A stretch of DNA of 64,000 nucleotides from an uncultured Candidatus Bathyarchaeia archaeon (GCA_964632845.1 CAZWDU010000003.1:84686-148685); one strand, 5' to 3'. Shown: positions 44,321 through 54,922, numbered from the stretch's first letter. The notes: generated by a model from the letters alone, not told the origin. Translations and numbers: made by a program.

Positions 44321-45292
44321 ATGGGAAACCTGACGGTTGCGGTTCTCGGCGCATCAAACTACGCCAGTAGTTTAGGCAAAAAAGGCACATCTACAGACAT
44401 CACGCTGTACAACCTGAAGAAAGGCGAAGGCACAGTAACTTTCATAGAACCCACACGCTACCCTGAACGCTTAGCACCCTTGTTCTTCGCGTGCTCTACA
44501 GCCAAAAAAGCCATAGTTGCCATAGACGAATTAAACGCCACTTTAGGCGAATCACTTGTGATGCTGCAGTGCTGCGGCGTAGACAGCGGTTACTTCGTCC
44601 TCCGCAACTACATCCCACGCGAAAAAGTTGAATCACTCGTGAAAGGCACTGTTCTGGAAAAATACGAGTTCGCAGACGATAATCCCGCCACGTTAAACGA
44701 GGCGCTTTTAGCTGAGGCTGCGCAAGCGAAGCCTAAAACAGCTCTGGACGGCGGAACTCCTTCAGGAACAGTTCCCGTGGACCACGCTTTCAACGTAAAA
44801 GGCGTTGGAACCGTAATCCTAGGCATAGTTGCAAACGGCATAATCCAGAAACACGCCACGCTGAATGTGCTGCCGGGAACAAAGACAACCCAGATTCGCT
44901 CCATTCAAAAACATGATGACGAGTTTGACTTCGCATACGAAGGCGACAGAGTGGGACTAGCGCTAAAAAACGTCGAAGTAGAAGACGTTGACCGAGGCAC
45001 AGTGCTGACAAACGACCCAACAGTTAAAACCTCCAAAAAACTTGAAACACACGCTTCTCTGACCAAGTACTGGCAAACGCCCATAAAAGCAGGCATGGTA
45101 CTGCACGCAGGGCATCAGACGCAATTCCTCAACTGCAAAGTTGAAGCAGTCAGCGATGAGGGAGACTGGCGCAAACCAACACTGACGCTGGCTTTAGAAA
45201 AAGAACTTGTTTACCGTTCTGGCGATGCGGCTGTTTTGATGTATCTGGAAGGCGGAAAACTCCGCGTTGCAGGAACCGTGGAACTGCCATGA
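44321..45292 (+). CDS. EF-Tu/EF1A-like protein with a degenerate G domain
   Basis: Domain II signature 'VDHAFNVKGVGTVILGIVANG...GDRVGLALKNV'. The N-terminus 'VLGASNYASSLGKKGT' lacks GxxxxGK[ST]. Confidence 0.65.
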   Translation: MGNLTVAVLGASNYASSLGKKGTSTDITLYNLKKGEGTVTFIEPTRYPERLAPLFFACSTAKKAIVAIDELNATLGESLVMLQCCGVDSGYFVLRNYIPREKVESLVKGTVLEKYEFADDNPATLNEALLAEAAQAKPKTALDGGTPSGTVPVDHAFNVKGVGTVILGIVANGIIQKHATLNVLPGTKTTQIRSIQKHDDEFDFAYEGDRVGLALKNVEVEDVDRGTVLTNDPTVKTSKKLETHASLTKYWQTPIKAGMVLHAGHQTQFLNCKVEAVSDEGDWRKPTLTLALEKELVYRSGDAAVLMYLEGGKLRVAGTVELP

Positions 45293-45431
45293 GCGCTTAG
45301 CCGAAACTTGACGGATTGAAGCCGCAAGGGACATGAAGTGAAAAATTGCTTGCGGAATACAGTTGGCTTTTGTGTAGCATATTGCTGTGTCACAATTCTT
45401 ATATACGCATAGACGCTACACTATCGGTTTC

Positions 45432-46187
45432 ATGCTGGAAACTGCCAACAAAAAACACGGCAAAGGACTAACTTGGAGACAACCGCTTGTCTGCGTAATC
45501 TCAACAGCCATCTGCACAGTACTTGCGATTTGGGCGGTTGTTGAAGCGCCAGTTTCCACTCCAGTTCCAGGCGTTTCTGGACTTTACATTGCAGCCGCGG
45601 TTTACGTGCCTGTGGCGCTGTGGTTCGGAGCATGGGGCTGTGTGGCGGGTTACCTCAGTTGCCTGTTTATGGGTTTTTACCTTGGAATGCCATTAGAGTT
45701 TTTGCTGGTTTGGTCTCTGGCAGATTTCTTCGAGGGTTTCGTTCCGTTAATCATTTACAGAAAACTCAAAATCAAACCTACTGTCCAGCTTAAGCACTCC
45801 AAAGTAACTTATGGGCTTACCGCCGTTCTTCTGGTAAACGTGGTTGTGTCTGCTTTCGCTTTGGTTAACAGTCTAAGCGAAGTTTTCATCGCCACTTTTA
45901 TTGTAGGCCTTGTAGTTTTGATTGGTCAAGCAGTTATTGAAGACCGGAAAACATGGTTAACTTGGTTGATTGTGGGTGTTTTGCTGGCTAGTTTCGTTTC
46001 AGGGGTCTTTGGAGTGGGCGCAATGCTGGCGTTCGGCAACATCTCCGCAGAAGCGTTTCAAACTGTTTTCTTTGGGTGGGTCTTCGGCGACATAATAGTG
46101 CTGTCAACCATCGGCACAGCGTTAACGGTTGTGCTTACGCCTTACATTCAGAAAACGCGTGTTTACGTGCGGGGTTTCTTCTCTTAA
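45432..46187 (+). CDS. integral membrane protein (ECF S-component / QueT-like)
   Basis: About 6 TM segments, with 'AAAVYVPVALWFGAWGCVAGYLSCLFMG'. Confidence 0.5.
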   Translation: MLETANKKHGKGLTWRQPLVCVISTAICTVLAIWAVVEAPVSTPVPGVSGLYIAAAVYVPVALWFGAWGCVAGYLSCLFMGFYLGMPLEFLLVWSLADFFEGFVPLIIYRKLKIKPTVQLKHSKVTYGLTAVLLVNVVVSAFALVNSLSEVFIATFIVGLVVLIGQAVIEDRKTWLTWLIVGVLLASFVSGVFGVGAMLAFGNISAEAFQTVFFGWVFGDIIVLSTIGTALTVVLTPYIQKTRVYVRGFFS

Positions 46188-46831
46188 GGGCTTTTTTGCT
46201 GTGTGGCGCTAGTTTTTTCTCCGTTTTGGAACATGTACACGTTGCCCATGAACGATAATGCGTTATTGTCGTAAACAAGTGCTGAGCGTTCAGGTATTGC
46301 GTATATTTTTTCTTCTTTGGATAGTTTTTTCAGTTCAGTGTCTTCTGAAGGTTTGTAGTGAGTTTTGATTGCGAATTCCACCAGTCTAAGCCCATTGATT
46401 ATCTTGGTTGTTTGCTTGTTTTTGTCGGTGAGTATGCCTTGTTTGGAAAGGGCTAATGCGCCTGCGCTTCTGCCCACAATTACATGGTTATAATCGTGTA
46501 GCAAAAGGTCGATGTGCTTGTTTTTTAGGCGTTCAAGTAAAACGGTTGTAAGTCCACCTGTTAAGTATATTAAGTCAGCGTTCGCGGCTTTCGTGGCGAT
46601 TTCTTCAGGCGACTCATGGTACTCCGCGAAGTCAACAGCATCTGCACCGAGGCTTCTGAAGTAATCAAACAGCCGTTTTCTGCGTGTGTATGTTTTGTCG
46701 AATGATGCTCTTGCCCAAGGGAAAACGAGGACTGTTGGTGTTCCGCCTGCGGCTTCGAATGCGTTCGCGTTGATGTTTTGTGCGTTTCTTTTGAAGGTGT
46801 TTTCGCCGCCTAGAAGGTACAGTTTCGCCAT
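46184..46831 (-). CDS. peptidase S51 (dipeptidase E-like) family protein
   Basis: 'LIYLTGGLTTVLLERLK' and 'VIVGRSAGALAL' (nucleophile Ser context). Confidence 0.65.
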   Translation of the reverse strand: MAKLYLLGGENTFKRNAQNINANAFEAAGGTPTVLVFPWARASFDKTYTRRKRLFDYFRSLGADAVDFAEYHESPEEIATKAANADLIYLTGGLTTVLLERLKNKHIDLLLHDYNHVIVGRSAGALALSKQGILTDKNKQTTKIINGLRLVEFAIKTHYKPSEDTELKKLSKEEKIYAIPERSALVYDNNALSFMGNVYMFQNGEKTSATQQKSP

Positions 46832-46932
46832 GTATCCCATAGTGTGTTTTCGCGGCTTTAAGGCATGTGCATGTTTAGCCAGCAAAATAATGCTTATTAG
46901 CCATTGCTCAGTGCTGTAGTGGGTGATGCAGC

Positions 46933-47157
46933 ATGTCTTTGGAAGGGTTTGCGGAGTATAAACGTAGAGAATTCTGCAACGACGTGAAATGCCCAGTGCA
47001 GATGGAGTTGAACGCTTTGAAGGATAAGCCTGATGAGTATGAGCGTGTTCGGCAAACGTGCAGTACCGCGTGCAAGTATACTACGTGGCAGTTTCACCAT
47101 TGGCTTATGGAAAAAGGTTATTTAATCCTAAGGCGAAAGGGTTCCGAGGAGACGTAG
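46933..47157 (+). CDS. hypothetical small Cys-containing protein (74 aa)
   Basis: ORF only, with 'FCNDVKCPV...CSTAC'. Confidence 0.35.
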   Translation: MSLEGFAEYKRREFCNDVKCPVQMELNALKDKPDEYERVRQTCSTACKYTTWQFHHWLMEKGYLILRRKGSEET

Positions 47158-47161
47158 AAAT

Positions 47162-47959
47162 ATGGAATGGGGAATGAAAAACCGTTTAGCCCGATTAATA
47201 CAGCCTGACGGCAAAGCACTTTTCCTGCCCGTAGACCACGGGTACTTCCAAGGACCAACACGCATGCTTGAAAAACCAGGCGAAACCATCAAGCCAATAG
47301 TCCAGTACGCAGACGCCGTGATGCTAACGCGCGGCGTACTCAGGAACTGCGTTGACCCAGCAATCTCGAAGCCGATAATACTTAGAGTGTCAGGCGCAGT
47401 AACCGTTGTGGGCGAAGATTTGGCTAACGAAAGCGTGGTCACTTCGATTCGTGAAATTCTCAGGTTGAACGCTTCAGCTGTGTCCATGTCCGTGTTCGTG
47501 GGCACAAAATACGAGAACAAGAGCCTAAGCAACTTGGCCAAGCTCGTGGACGCATGTGAGGATTATGGTGTGCCTGTTATGGCTGTCACGGCGGTTGGTA
47601 AAGAACTGGAAAAGCGCGAAGCGCGGTATCTTGCGTTGTGCTGTCGTGTAGCCGCTGAAATAGGTGCCAGAGTGGTGAAAACGTATTATTGCGCGGAGAA
47701 GTTTGAGAAAGTTGTGGACGGCTGTCCAGTTCCAGTGGTAATTGCTGGCGGACCTAAGGCGGATACGCAGCGTGAAGTGTTTGACTTCGTTTATGATGGT
47801 ATGCAGAAGGGTGCTATTGGCGTGAACTTGGGTAGGAACATTTGGCAGACTGAGCATCCAGTAGCTGTGATTCGGTCTATACGTGAGATAATTCATGATG
47901 GTTACACGCCTAAAGAAGCTGAAGACTTGTTTGAGCAAATTAAAGCTGGAAAAGCATAG
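47162..47959 (+). CDS. class I aldolase of the DhnA/FbaB (DeoC/LacD) family
   Basis: 'LFLPVDHGYFQGP', 'VVKTYY' (Schiff-base Lys region) and 'VVIAGGPK'. Confidence 0.75.
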   Translation: MEWGMKNRLARLIQPDGKALFLPVDHGYFQGPTRMLEKPGETIKPIVQYADAVMLTRGVLRNCVDPAISKPIILRVSGAVTVVGEDLANESVVTSIREILRLNASAVSMSVFVGTKYENKSLSNLAKLVDACEDYGVPVMAVTAVGKELEKREARYLALCCRVAAEIGARVVKTYYCAEKFEKVVDGCPVPVVIAGGPKADTQREVFDFVYDGMQKGAIGVNLGRNIWQTEHPVAVIRSIREIIHDGYTPKEAEDLFEQIKAGKA

Positions 47960-47990
47960 GCGCGTTTACGCCTAATTTTCTGGTGAACGT

Positions 47991-49019
47991 ATGCTTGCAG
48001 CCGTATACTACAATAACAAAGACGTGAGAATCCAAGAGATGCCTATGCCGGAAATCGCTGAGGATGAACTGCTGCTTAAGGTCATGGCATGCGGTGTATG
48101 CGGCAGTGACGTGATAGAGGGGTATAGGGTTCCGAAAGCGCCGAGAGTTTTAGGTCATGAAGCAACAGGCGTAATAGAGAAGGTTGGCGGAAAAGTTAAG
48201 CGGTATCGTGTTGGTGACAGGGTTTTTGTTTCGCATCATGTACCCTGCAACGAGTGCCGCTACTGTGTGAGTGGGCATCATACTGCTTGTGAAACGTTAC
48301 ATACGACAAATTATTATCCAGGTGGTTTTGCGCAGTATATTCGTGTGCCGCGGATTAATGTTGAGCGTGGCGTGTACAAGCTGCCTGCGGATATGTCTTT
48401 TGAGGAAGGCACGTTTATTGAGCCTTTGGCGTGCGCTGTTCGAGGACAAAGGCTTGCAGGAATCCGCGAAGAGGATACGTTGTTGATTATTGGCAGTGGC
48501 ATTTCAGGGTTGCTTCATGTGCAACTGGCGAAGTTCAAAGGCGTAAAGAGAATTGTTGCTGCAGATATCAACGCTTACCGTTTGGGTATGGCTGAGAAGT
48601 TTGGTGCGCATTACGCGGTAAATGCGAAGGAGAATGTACCGCAAAAGCTGAAAGAGCTTAACGATGGGCGATTAGCTGATAAGGTGATTGTGTGTACTGG
48701 GGCAACTCAAGCGGCCTTAGCGGCGTTGGAGTGCGTAGACAAAGGCGGGTTAATCTTGTTTTTTGCTGTGCCTGATCCTACAGTGAAGCTTCCTGTGCCG
48801 ATAACGGAGTTTTGGCGGAATGAGGTGACGATGAAAACTTCTTATGGTGCAGCGCCGAACGATTTGGAGGAGTCTTTGGAGATTTTGGCAGGCAAAAACG
48901 TGAACGTTAAGGACATGATAACACATAGGCTGGGTTTGCGGCAGGCTGCGGAAGGCTTCAGGTTGATGGCTGAAGCTGGAGCTTCTTTGAAAGTGATTCT
49001 TGAGCCTAATAAGGTTTAA
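47991..49019 (+). CDS. zinc-dependent medium-chain alcohol/threonine dehydrogenase
   Basis: 'CGVCGSD', 'GHEATGVIEKVG', 'CNECRYCVSGHHTAC' and Rossmann 'IIGSGISG'. Confidence 0.85.
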   Translation: MLAAVYYNNKDVRIQEMPMPEIAEDELLLKVMACGVCGSDVIEGYRVPKAPRVLGHEATGVIEKVGGKVKRYRVGDRVFVSHHVPCNECRYCVSGHHTACETLHTTNYYPGGFAQYIRVPRINVERGVYKLPADMSFEEGTFIEPLACAVRGQRLAGIREEDTLLIIGSGISGLLHVQLAKFKGVKRIVAADINAYRLGMAEKFGAHYAVNAKENVPQKLKELNDGRLADKVIVCTGATQAALAALECVDKGGLILFFAVPDPTVKLPVPITEFWRNEVTMKTSYGAAPNDLEESLEILAGKNVNVKDMITHRLGLRQAAEGFRLMAEAGASLKVILEPNKV

Positions 49020-49258
49020 CTGCAGGGAAGCGAGAAAGAACGAAGCCATCGTTTGGGTTGCTGTGTTCTCTGCATTTTGGAAGCTATCGCGTGGAAAAAC
49101 TCGTATCCCCTCTTTATATAGGCTGGCATTAGTTGCTCTGGAAAGGCTATAGCCGCTTATATAAAAGGCTGAAGCTATACCTTGCAGACAGTTCGACACT
49201 GCGGAAGGCAACGTTAAGGTTATTACGCAGAAGTTTCAAGAATTAGCGGTGTATTAGA

Positions 49259-49334
49259 AGCCCGGTGGTGTAGTGGCCAAGCATAGGGGCCTCTGGAGCC
49301 CTCGACGAGAGTTCGAATCTCTCCCGGGCTACCA
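49259..49334 (+). tRNA. tRNA-Gln (CTG), CCA encoded
   Basis: AGCCCGGTGGTGTAGTGGCCAAGCATAGGGGCCTCTGGAGCCCTCGACGAGAGTTCGAATCTCTCCCGGGCTACCA, with anticodon loop CTCTGGA. Confidence 0.85.
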
Positions 49335-49385
49335 ATATGCTTTTTTATTGTGGCGCAGTTGCTGTAGATTAAGTGAAGTGTGTTT

Positions 49386-49502
49386 ATGGCGGATTTGAAG
49401 GGCTGCCCATTCGGGCAAGACATAACCAACGACTGCAAAAACTGCGACTACGGCGACACAAACCATTTTGACGCAGCAACTGGCAAGTGCGTTAAACGCT
49501 GA
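49386..49502 (+). CDS. possible 38-aa Cys-rich mini-protein
   Basis: MADLKGCPFGQDITNDCKNCDYGDTNHFDAATGKCVKR. The antisense 82-aa track ORF runs into the tRNA. Confidence 0.25.
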   Translation: MADLKGCPFGQDITNDCKNCDYGDTNHFDAATGKCVKR

Positions 49503-49674
49503 CCAAATGTGAACGAAAGCGCCCTTTCTGTTGCCCCTTTTTGTTTCAGCTAATGTTGTTTTGTTCAGAATTTTCAAACCGCAATATTAATAAACTCCAC
49601 AGAGCGAATACATGGTGCTACTTCCTAGCGATGGACTTCTCACCGAATCCAAGTTTTAGGGAGACAGAATTAAA

Positions 49675-50313
49675 ATGGCACAGAATAATGCAATTAATCA
49701 GCTAGTACTCAAAGGAACAACAACAATAGGTGTCGTATGCAAAAACGGCGTCATACTAGCCTCAGACACACGCGTAACCATGGGCTTCTACGTGGCACAT
49801 AAATTCGGGAAAAAAGTCTACAAGATAGATGACCACTTAGGCATGACCATAGCGGGAACAGTTGCCGACGCACAACGCGTAGTCGACATCCTCACCGCCA
49901 ACGCGCAACTCTACAAAATCAACATGAACAGGCCTATGCCCGTGAAATCCGCGGCAAGACTCATCGCTAACCTCCTGTTTTCCAACAGGTACGTACCGTT
50001 AGCAACCCAAGTCCTCATAGGCGGTGTAGACGAAACAGGTCCTCACGTGTTCAATTTAGACCCATTCGGAAGCTTAAACGAAGAGAAATCCGTTGCCACA
50101 GGTTCAGGCTCACCCATAGCGTACGGCGTACTTGAAGACAAGTACCAAGAAGGCATGCTTGTCGAGGAGTTACTGCCGATTGTTATTAGAGCGGTTAACG
50201 CGGCTATGAAGCGCGACGTTGCAAGCGGAAACAACTACAACGTCACGGTTATTGATTCGGCTGGCTACCGCGAATTAACCGCTGATGAGAAGAGCCAACT
50301 TCTGGCGCGATAA
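49675..50313 (+). CDS. psmB: proteasome beta subunit
   Basis: Propeptide followed by 'G|TTTIGVVCKNGVILASDTR'. Confidence 0.9.
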   Translation: MAQNNAINQLVLKGTTTIGVVCKNGVILASDTRVTMGFYVAHKFGKKVYKIDDHLGMTIAGTVADAQRVVDILTANAQLYKINMNRPMPVKSAARLIANLLFSNRYVPLATQVLIGGVDETGPHVFNLDPFGSLNEEKSVATGSGSPIAYGVLEDKYQEGMLVEELLPIVIRAVNAAMKRDVASGNNYNVTVIDSAGYRELTADEKSQLLAR

Positions 50314-50328
50314 AGGGAAGTAAAAATC

Positions 50329-52248
50329 GTGGCGCGTAATTCAGACAAAGACAAAATAGAAATAAGCCAATATATACTCCAGCACGTTCCGATAGAAGCG
50401 GAAGTAACCCGCATCGAATATGAAGGCCCCATGCTTTCTGTCTACGCTAAAAAACCTGAAGTTCTAGTTGACCAAAGCAGCATAGTGGCGGAAATCGTAG
50501 GCGTAATCCGCAAACGCATAGTCATACGCCCCGACCCCTCAGTCAGGCTTCAAGAGACAGAAGCAGAAAAAATCACGCGTGAACTTATATCGCCAGAAGC
50601 AGAGATAACGGACATAAATTTTGACCCCAGCCTCGGCGAAATAATAATCGAAACCAAAAAACCCGGCTTAGCTATCGGCAGAAACGGCACAGTTTTGCAG
50701 GAAATCATAAAGAAAACCAAGTGGCGCCCTCACGTCCTGAGAAGCCCACCACTGCGTTCAAAAATGGTCACGCACATGCGGCATTATCTTCATTCAGAAA
50801 GCAAAGAACGCGAAAGGATACTGCGCACGATAGGTGAAAGGATTTTCAGACCAAAAACCTACGAGGTCGGCGACGTACGCATGACCGTGCTTGGAGGCGC
50901 CCAAGAAGTAGGCCGCTCCGCGTTCCTAATCAAAACACGCGAAAGCAGCGTATTATTAGACTGCGGCATCAACCCTGGCTCACAGAGAGCATTTGAAACT
51001 TTCCCACGGTTCGATTCCCCCGAGTTCCAAATAGACTCGTTGGACGCGGTAGTCATAAGCCACGCGCATCTTGACCACTGCGGCTTAGTGCCCTTCCTCT
51101 ACAAGTACGGGTATGACGGACCTGTTTACTGTTCAGCACCTACTTCAAATTTAATGACACTACTTCAGTTGGACTACTTGGACGTGGCAAGCAAGCAGGG
51201 AGCAACACCCCACTATGACCAGAAAGACGTCCGCGAATGCGTCTTGCACACTATTCCCTTACGGTTCGGCGTAGTGACCGATATTGCACCAGACATTCGG
51301 TTAACCCTGCATAACTCGGGGCACATACTAGGCGCTGCCATGTCACATTTGCATATAGGCGAAGGCATGCACAACATAGTTTACACGGGAGACTACAAGT
51401 TTTCCAGAACCATGCTGCTGGAAGCTGCTGCAGCAGAGTTCCCAAGGGTTGAAACCGTGATCACCGAAAGCACCTATGGCGGAGCAGACGATATCATGCC
51501 TTCCAGAGTTGAAGCGGAGGAACGGTTAACCCAAGTCATAAATTCAACTTTAGAGCGAAAGGGCAAAGTGCTTATCCCAGTGCCAGCGGTAGGCAGAGCG
51601 CAGGAAATCATGCTCATCATCGACGGCTACATGAAACGCGGAATGATGAAAGAGGCACCCGTGTTCATTGAAGGCATGATTTCAGAGGCAACAGCCATTC
51701 ACACCGCGTATCCCGAGTATTTGGGCAGAGAAGTTCGCCACAGCATCCTCCACGAAGAGGTTAACCCGTTCCAGTCAGACTACTTCACAATCGTGGAGCA
51801 CCCCAGCGTACGGCAGAGCATAATCGAGGGAGAACCATGCATCGTTCTGGCAACTTCCGGCATGCTTGAAGGCGGACCTGTAATAGAATATTTCAAGAGT
51901 TGGGCTGACAACGAGAAAAACACAATAATTTTCGTCAGCTACCAAATTGAAGGAACCATGGGCAAACGCGTGCAGAAAGGCATAAACGAAGTTACAATGC
52001 TGGACACAGAAGGCAAAATGGCAGTAGTGCAGGTCAAACTGCAAGTGGAATCCATCGAAGGTTTCTCAGGGCACTCAGACAGGCGGCAACTAGTCAGCTA
52101 TTTGACGCATCTTAAACCCACGCCTGAAAGAATCTTCGTATGCCATGGAGAAAAATCGAAAATCGCGAACCTAGCTAACTTCGTAGATAAAAAAGCAGGC
52201 ATCAACACTATTGTTCCGGGAATTCTAGAGACGTTTAGGCTGCTGTAG
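50329..52248 (+). CDS. fttA: aCPSF1/FttA: KH domains plus a beta-CASP metallo-beta-lactamase ribonuclease
   Basis: 'VISHAHLDHCG', N-terminal KH region 'GLAIGRNG', 639 aa. GTG start. Confidence 0.9.
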   Translation: MARNSDKDKIEISQYILQHVPIEAEVTRIEYEGPMLSVYAKKPEVLVDQSSIVAEIVGVIRKRIVIRPDPSVRLQETEAEKITRELISPEAEITDINFDPSLGEIIIETKKPGLAIGRNGTVLQEIIKKTKWRPHVLRSPPLRSKMVTHMRHYLHSESKERERILRTIGERIFRPKTYEVGDVRMTVLGGAQEVGRSAFLIKTRESSVLLDCGINPGSQRAFETFPRFDSPEFQIDSLDAVVISHAHLDHCGLVPFLYKYGYDGPVYCSAPTSNLMTLLQLDYLDVASKQGATPHYDQKDVRECVLHTIPLRFGVVTDIAPDIRLTLHNSGHILGAAMSHLHIGEGMHNIVYTGDYKFSRTMLLEAAAAEFPRVETVITESTYGGADDIMPSRVEAEERLTQVINSTLERKGKVLIPVPAVGRAQEIMLIIDGYMKRGMMKEAPVFIEGMISEATAIHTAYPEYLGREVRHSILHEEVNPFQSDYFTIVEHPSVRQSIIEGEPCIVLATSGMLEGGPVIEYFKSWADNEKNTIIFVSYQIEGTMGKRVQKGINEVTMLDTEGKMAVVQVKLQVESIEGFSGHSDRRQLVSYLTHLKPTPERIFVCHGEKSKIANLANFVDKKAGINTIVPGILETFRLL

Positions 52249-52606
52249 GCAAAGGCTCGTTTGAAACAGGCGTTTTTTCTCGCCAAATTCGTATGTTCGG
52301 AGGACAGATTACCACTCGTTCTTCACCTAGGCGGGCGATATCTCCGCTGATGGATTCAGCGAACTCGTACAACTCGTTTACCGCGTGTTTTACGTCCTCA
52401 ATGCTTTTGCTCGCGAGCGGCGTTATACGCAGAATTAGGATGTTGCCGTTTTTCACTTCTTGCTTTATAGCTTCTAAATCTGATAAGTCGCGGAGCGGCA
52501 TAGCCTTCAGGTAAGTTTTGCTTGTCGTTTCCTTTTCCTCAGGAGAAGGCGCTACTGTGTTTTCGTTTCCTTTCCTCGTTTTGCGGAACACTCCAAGAGT
52601 CGGCAA
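52235..52606 (-). CDS. sepF: cell division protein SepF (archaeal)
   Basis: 'LSDLEAIKQEVKNGNILILRITPL...DIARLGEERVVICPPNIRI'. Confidence 0.7.
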   Translation of the reverse strand: MPTLGVFRKTRKGNENTVAPSPEEKETTSKTYLKAMPLRDLSDLEAIKQEVKNGNILILRITPLASKSIEDVKHAVNELYEFAESISGDIARLGEERVVICPPNIRIWREKTPVSNEPLPTAA

Positions 52607-52781
52607 GTTTCTCCTCTCGTCTTATCTATGTAGTATGTTTCAGCAGTTAAGCGTTTCCCAATTTCAAGTCCCAATTCTATTAGCTAATATGAATTAAATT
52701 AGTAAATAGCTTATGAATCGGTGATATTTATTGTAACCGCACGCTCTTTCTCGACGGAATAGCGTTGCTAAACAAAAGAAA

Positions 52782-53285
52782 CTAATCGGCAAGCACTTTG
52801 GCAAAATTCCAAATCTTATCGCTAACAAAATGCAGCGTCTTAACAACTGCGCCTTTCTTGATGGCTCTCGCAGTTTGCGAATCGTAGAGGCTTGTGCCTA
52901 AAGCCAACGCTTTTCCATGCGTTTCATCAACAACAACTACCAAGTCGCCATTGCCGAATTCTCCCTCAATCCGCCGAATACCCGGAGCCATCACATCAGC
53001 ACCTTTGCATACGTAAGGAACCGCGCCCATGTCCACCACGACTTTAGGTGCGTGTGCAGAAAATTCCCTGAAGAACAGCGTCGGCAAAACAGTTTCTTCA
53101 ACTTTAAAAAACAAAGGTTTGCCGTTAACAAGAATCAGTTGACCGAAATCTGCTTCAACGCTTTCAACGTTTGCTTTTGAACCCAGAATGTCTTCTACAT
53201 TGATTGTTAGCTTTTCGGAAACCTTACTTAAGAGCAGTTTTCCTTCTTTAAGTTTCAACGAGTATCTTCTGTGCTTGTGAGACAT
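52782..53285 (-). CDS. PUA-domain RNA-binding protein
   Basis: 'CKGADVMAPGIRRIEGEFGNGDLVVVVDETHGKALALG'. Confidence 0.7.
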   Translation of the reverse strand: MSHKHRRYSLKLKEGKLLLSKVSEKLTINVEDILGSKANVESVEADFGQLILVNGKPLFFKVEETVLPTLFFREFSAHAPKVVVDMGAVPYVCKGADVMAPGIRRIEGEFGNGDLVVVVDETHGKALALGTSLYDSQTARAIKKGAVVKTLHFVSDKIWNFAKVLAD

Positions 53286-53515
53286 AGCACAACTCTCAAG
53301 TGTTAATGTCTATACAATCGACAACAATGAAGCAATATTTACTTTTCCATCGCCCTTGGTGAGTTATGAATGAAAACAAGCAAATACTTTTTTGCAATGC
53401 AATAGAGACTGCGCCATTCAGGCTTTAACAGCAAGCGAAAATACGTATTGCTTAGATAGGTTTAAATGGGATAAGTTTAAGTATAGAGGAGCATAAGGCA
53501 TACGAGGGTTCAATA

Positions 53516-53743
53516 ATGAGCGAAATGACAACCGAAATTCTTGAACAGAACCTAGGCAAAATCGTACTCGTGAGACTAAAAGGCGGAAAGAGCTTGCGAG
53601 GAAGGCTAAAGGGCTTCGACCAGCACCTGAACCTTGTTCTGGAAGAAACAGAAGACACCACAAACGTTGAGAACATGCGGAAACTAGGCTTGATTATCGT
53701 CCGTGGAGACAACGTAATTCTTATTTCGCCACCGCCTAGGTGA
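53516..53743 (+). CDS. Sm-like protein (SmAP1)
   Basis: 'VLVRLKGGKSLRGRLKGFDQHLNLVLEE...IVRGDNVILIS'. Confidence 0.9.
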   Translation: MSEMTTEILEQNLGKIVLVRLKGGKSLRGRLKGFDQHLNLVLEETEDTTNVENMRKLGLIIVRGDNVILISPPPR

Positions 53744-53749
53744 CAATTC

Positions 53750-53938
53750 TTGGGAAAAGGGACACCATCATTCGGCAAGCACCAAGGCAAAACCGTTCAC
53801 ATTCATTGCAGGAGATGCGGAAGACGCGCATATCACGTCCGCAAGAAAAGATGCGCGGCGTGCGGCTATGGAGAAACCGCAACCATCAGAAATTACAGTT
53901 GGCAAAGAAAGACCCTTCAAAGAGCAAGAGTCGTTTAG
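53750..53938 (+). CDS. rpl37e: 50S ribosomal protein L37e
   Basis: 'GKGTPSFGKHQGKTVHIHCRRCGRRAYHVRKKRCAACGYG'. Confidence 0.9.
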   Translation: MGKGTPSFGKHQGKTVHIHCRRCGRRAYHVRKKRCAACGYGETATIRNYSWQRKTLQRARVV

Positions 53939-54182
53939 ACGCCAACTCGCCTGATTAGTTTTCTAAATCTTCGTTTCTTGATGTCAATAAATATATTTTA
54001 AGTCAGAGACATTCTGACGTTAAAACCGATTCCAACTCTGGAACAAGCAGTATTGCCGTCGTGATTGCGATTAAAAAGTCAGAATCAAACAAAACCACCT
54101 GTACTAGGGTGTATTCTCTTAAGACAGGCGTAACAAACGTTAGCAGCAACGGCGTTATAATTAAACGAGAGAAAAAGTGGTT

Positions 54183-54794
54183 TTAGTCTGTTGGACTGTA
54201 ATAGCCTTTATCGACCTTGACGAAGATCAATGGTCCTTTGCTTTGAGCCATGTCCCGTGCTCGCCTCAAAGCGTTATTTACGGTGAATAGGACGCGTTCT
54301 TTGTCTTTGAGGTATTGAGTTCGTTTTCCACCTAACTCCATTTTCAACAGGTTTTCTGAGAGAATTTCAGTACCGCAGATTTCTCCGTTCTTAACGAGGG
54401 TCGCCGCTACAATTTCCCGCAGTTCTTGTTTGCACTCAATTTTTTGCCACAATGGTTCAGCGTTGGTAATTGTTTTCGAGGCTTTAGCCCATTTGTTGGC
54501 GTTTTGGTCGCCTATAAGGAGCTTAACGCGCTCTTTCCATTTTTTAAGCCACATGCCAGTCCAAACAGCTAGAAACTCTTCCAATTCCTCAGGGTTTTCC
54601 TTGAAAAGCTGCTCCAACCGCTCTACCAGTTCACATTGGTTTGCTGTGCTCCCAATAAGGTTCCAGTGGTACTTAAGATAATTCGTGATGTCTTCGCACG
54701 CTACCTGAAGGATTTTGTGGTCAGAACCTGTTATGTCAAGGTTCGAGTCTGCATCTTGAAGCTTTTCCATTAACATTACTTCTAGGAAGTTCAT
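54183..54794 (-). CDS. hypothetical protein (203 aa)
   Basis: Clean helical ORF with no motif recognised. Confidence 0.5.
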   Translation of the reverse strand: MNFLEVMLMEKLQDADSNLDITGSDHKILQVACEDITNYLKYHWNLIGSTANQCELVERLEQLFKENPEELEEFLAVWTGMWLKKWKERVKLLIGDQNANKWAKASKTITNAEPLWQKIECKQELREIVAATLVKNGEICGTEILSENLLKMELGGKRTQYLKDKERVLFTVNNALRRARDMAQSKGPLIFVKVDKGYYSPTD

Positions 54795-54922
54795 TCAATC
54801 TCCGCTCTGAAGCCTTCTCCACTTCACTTACTGTTATGGAAGGTTTATTAAACTTACTTTTAGTGTGCCTTTATAATTGGTTTAGGCAAGTTTCAGCAAT
54901 ATTCCGTTACTGGGAATATGAT

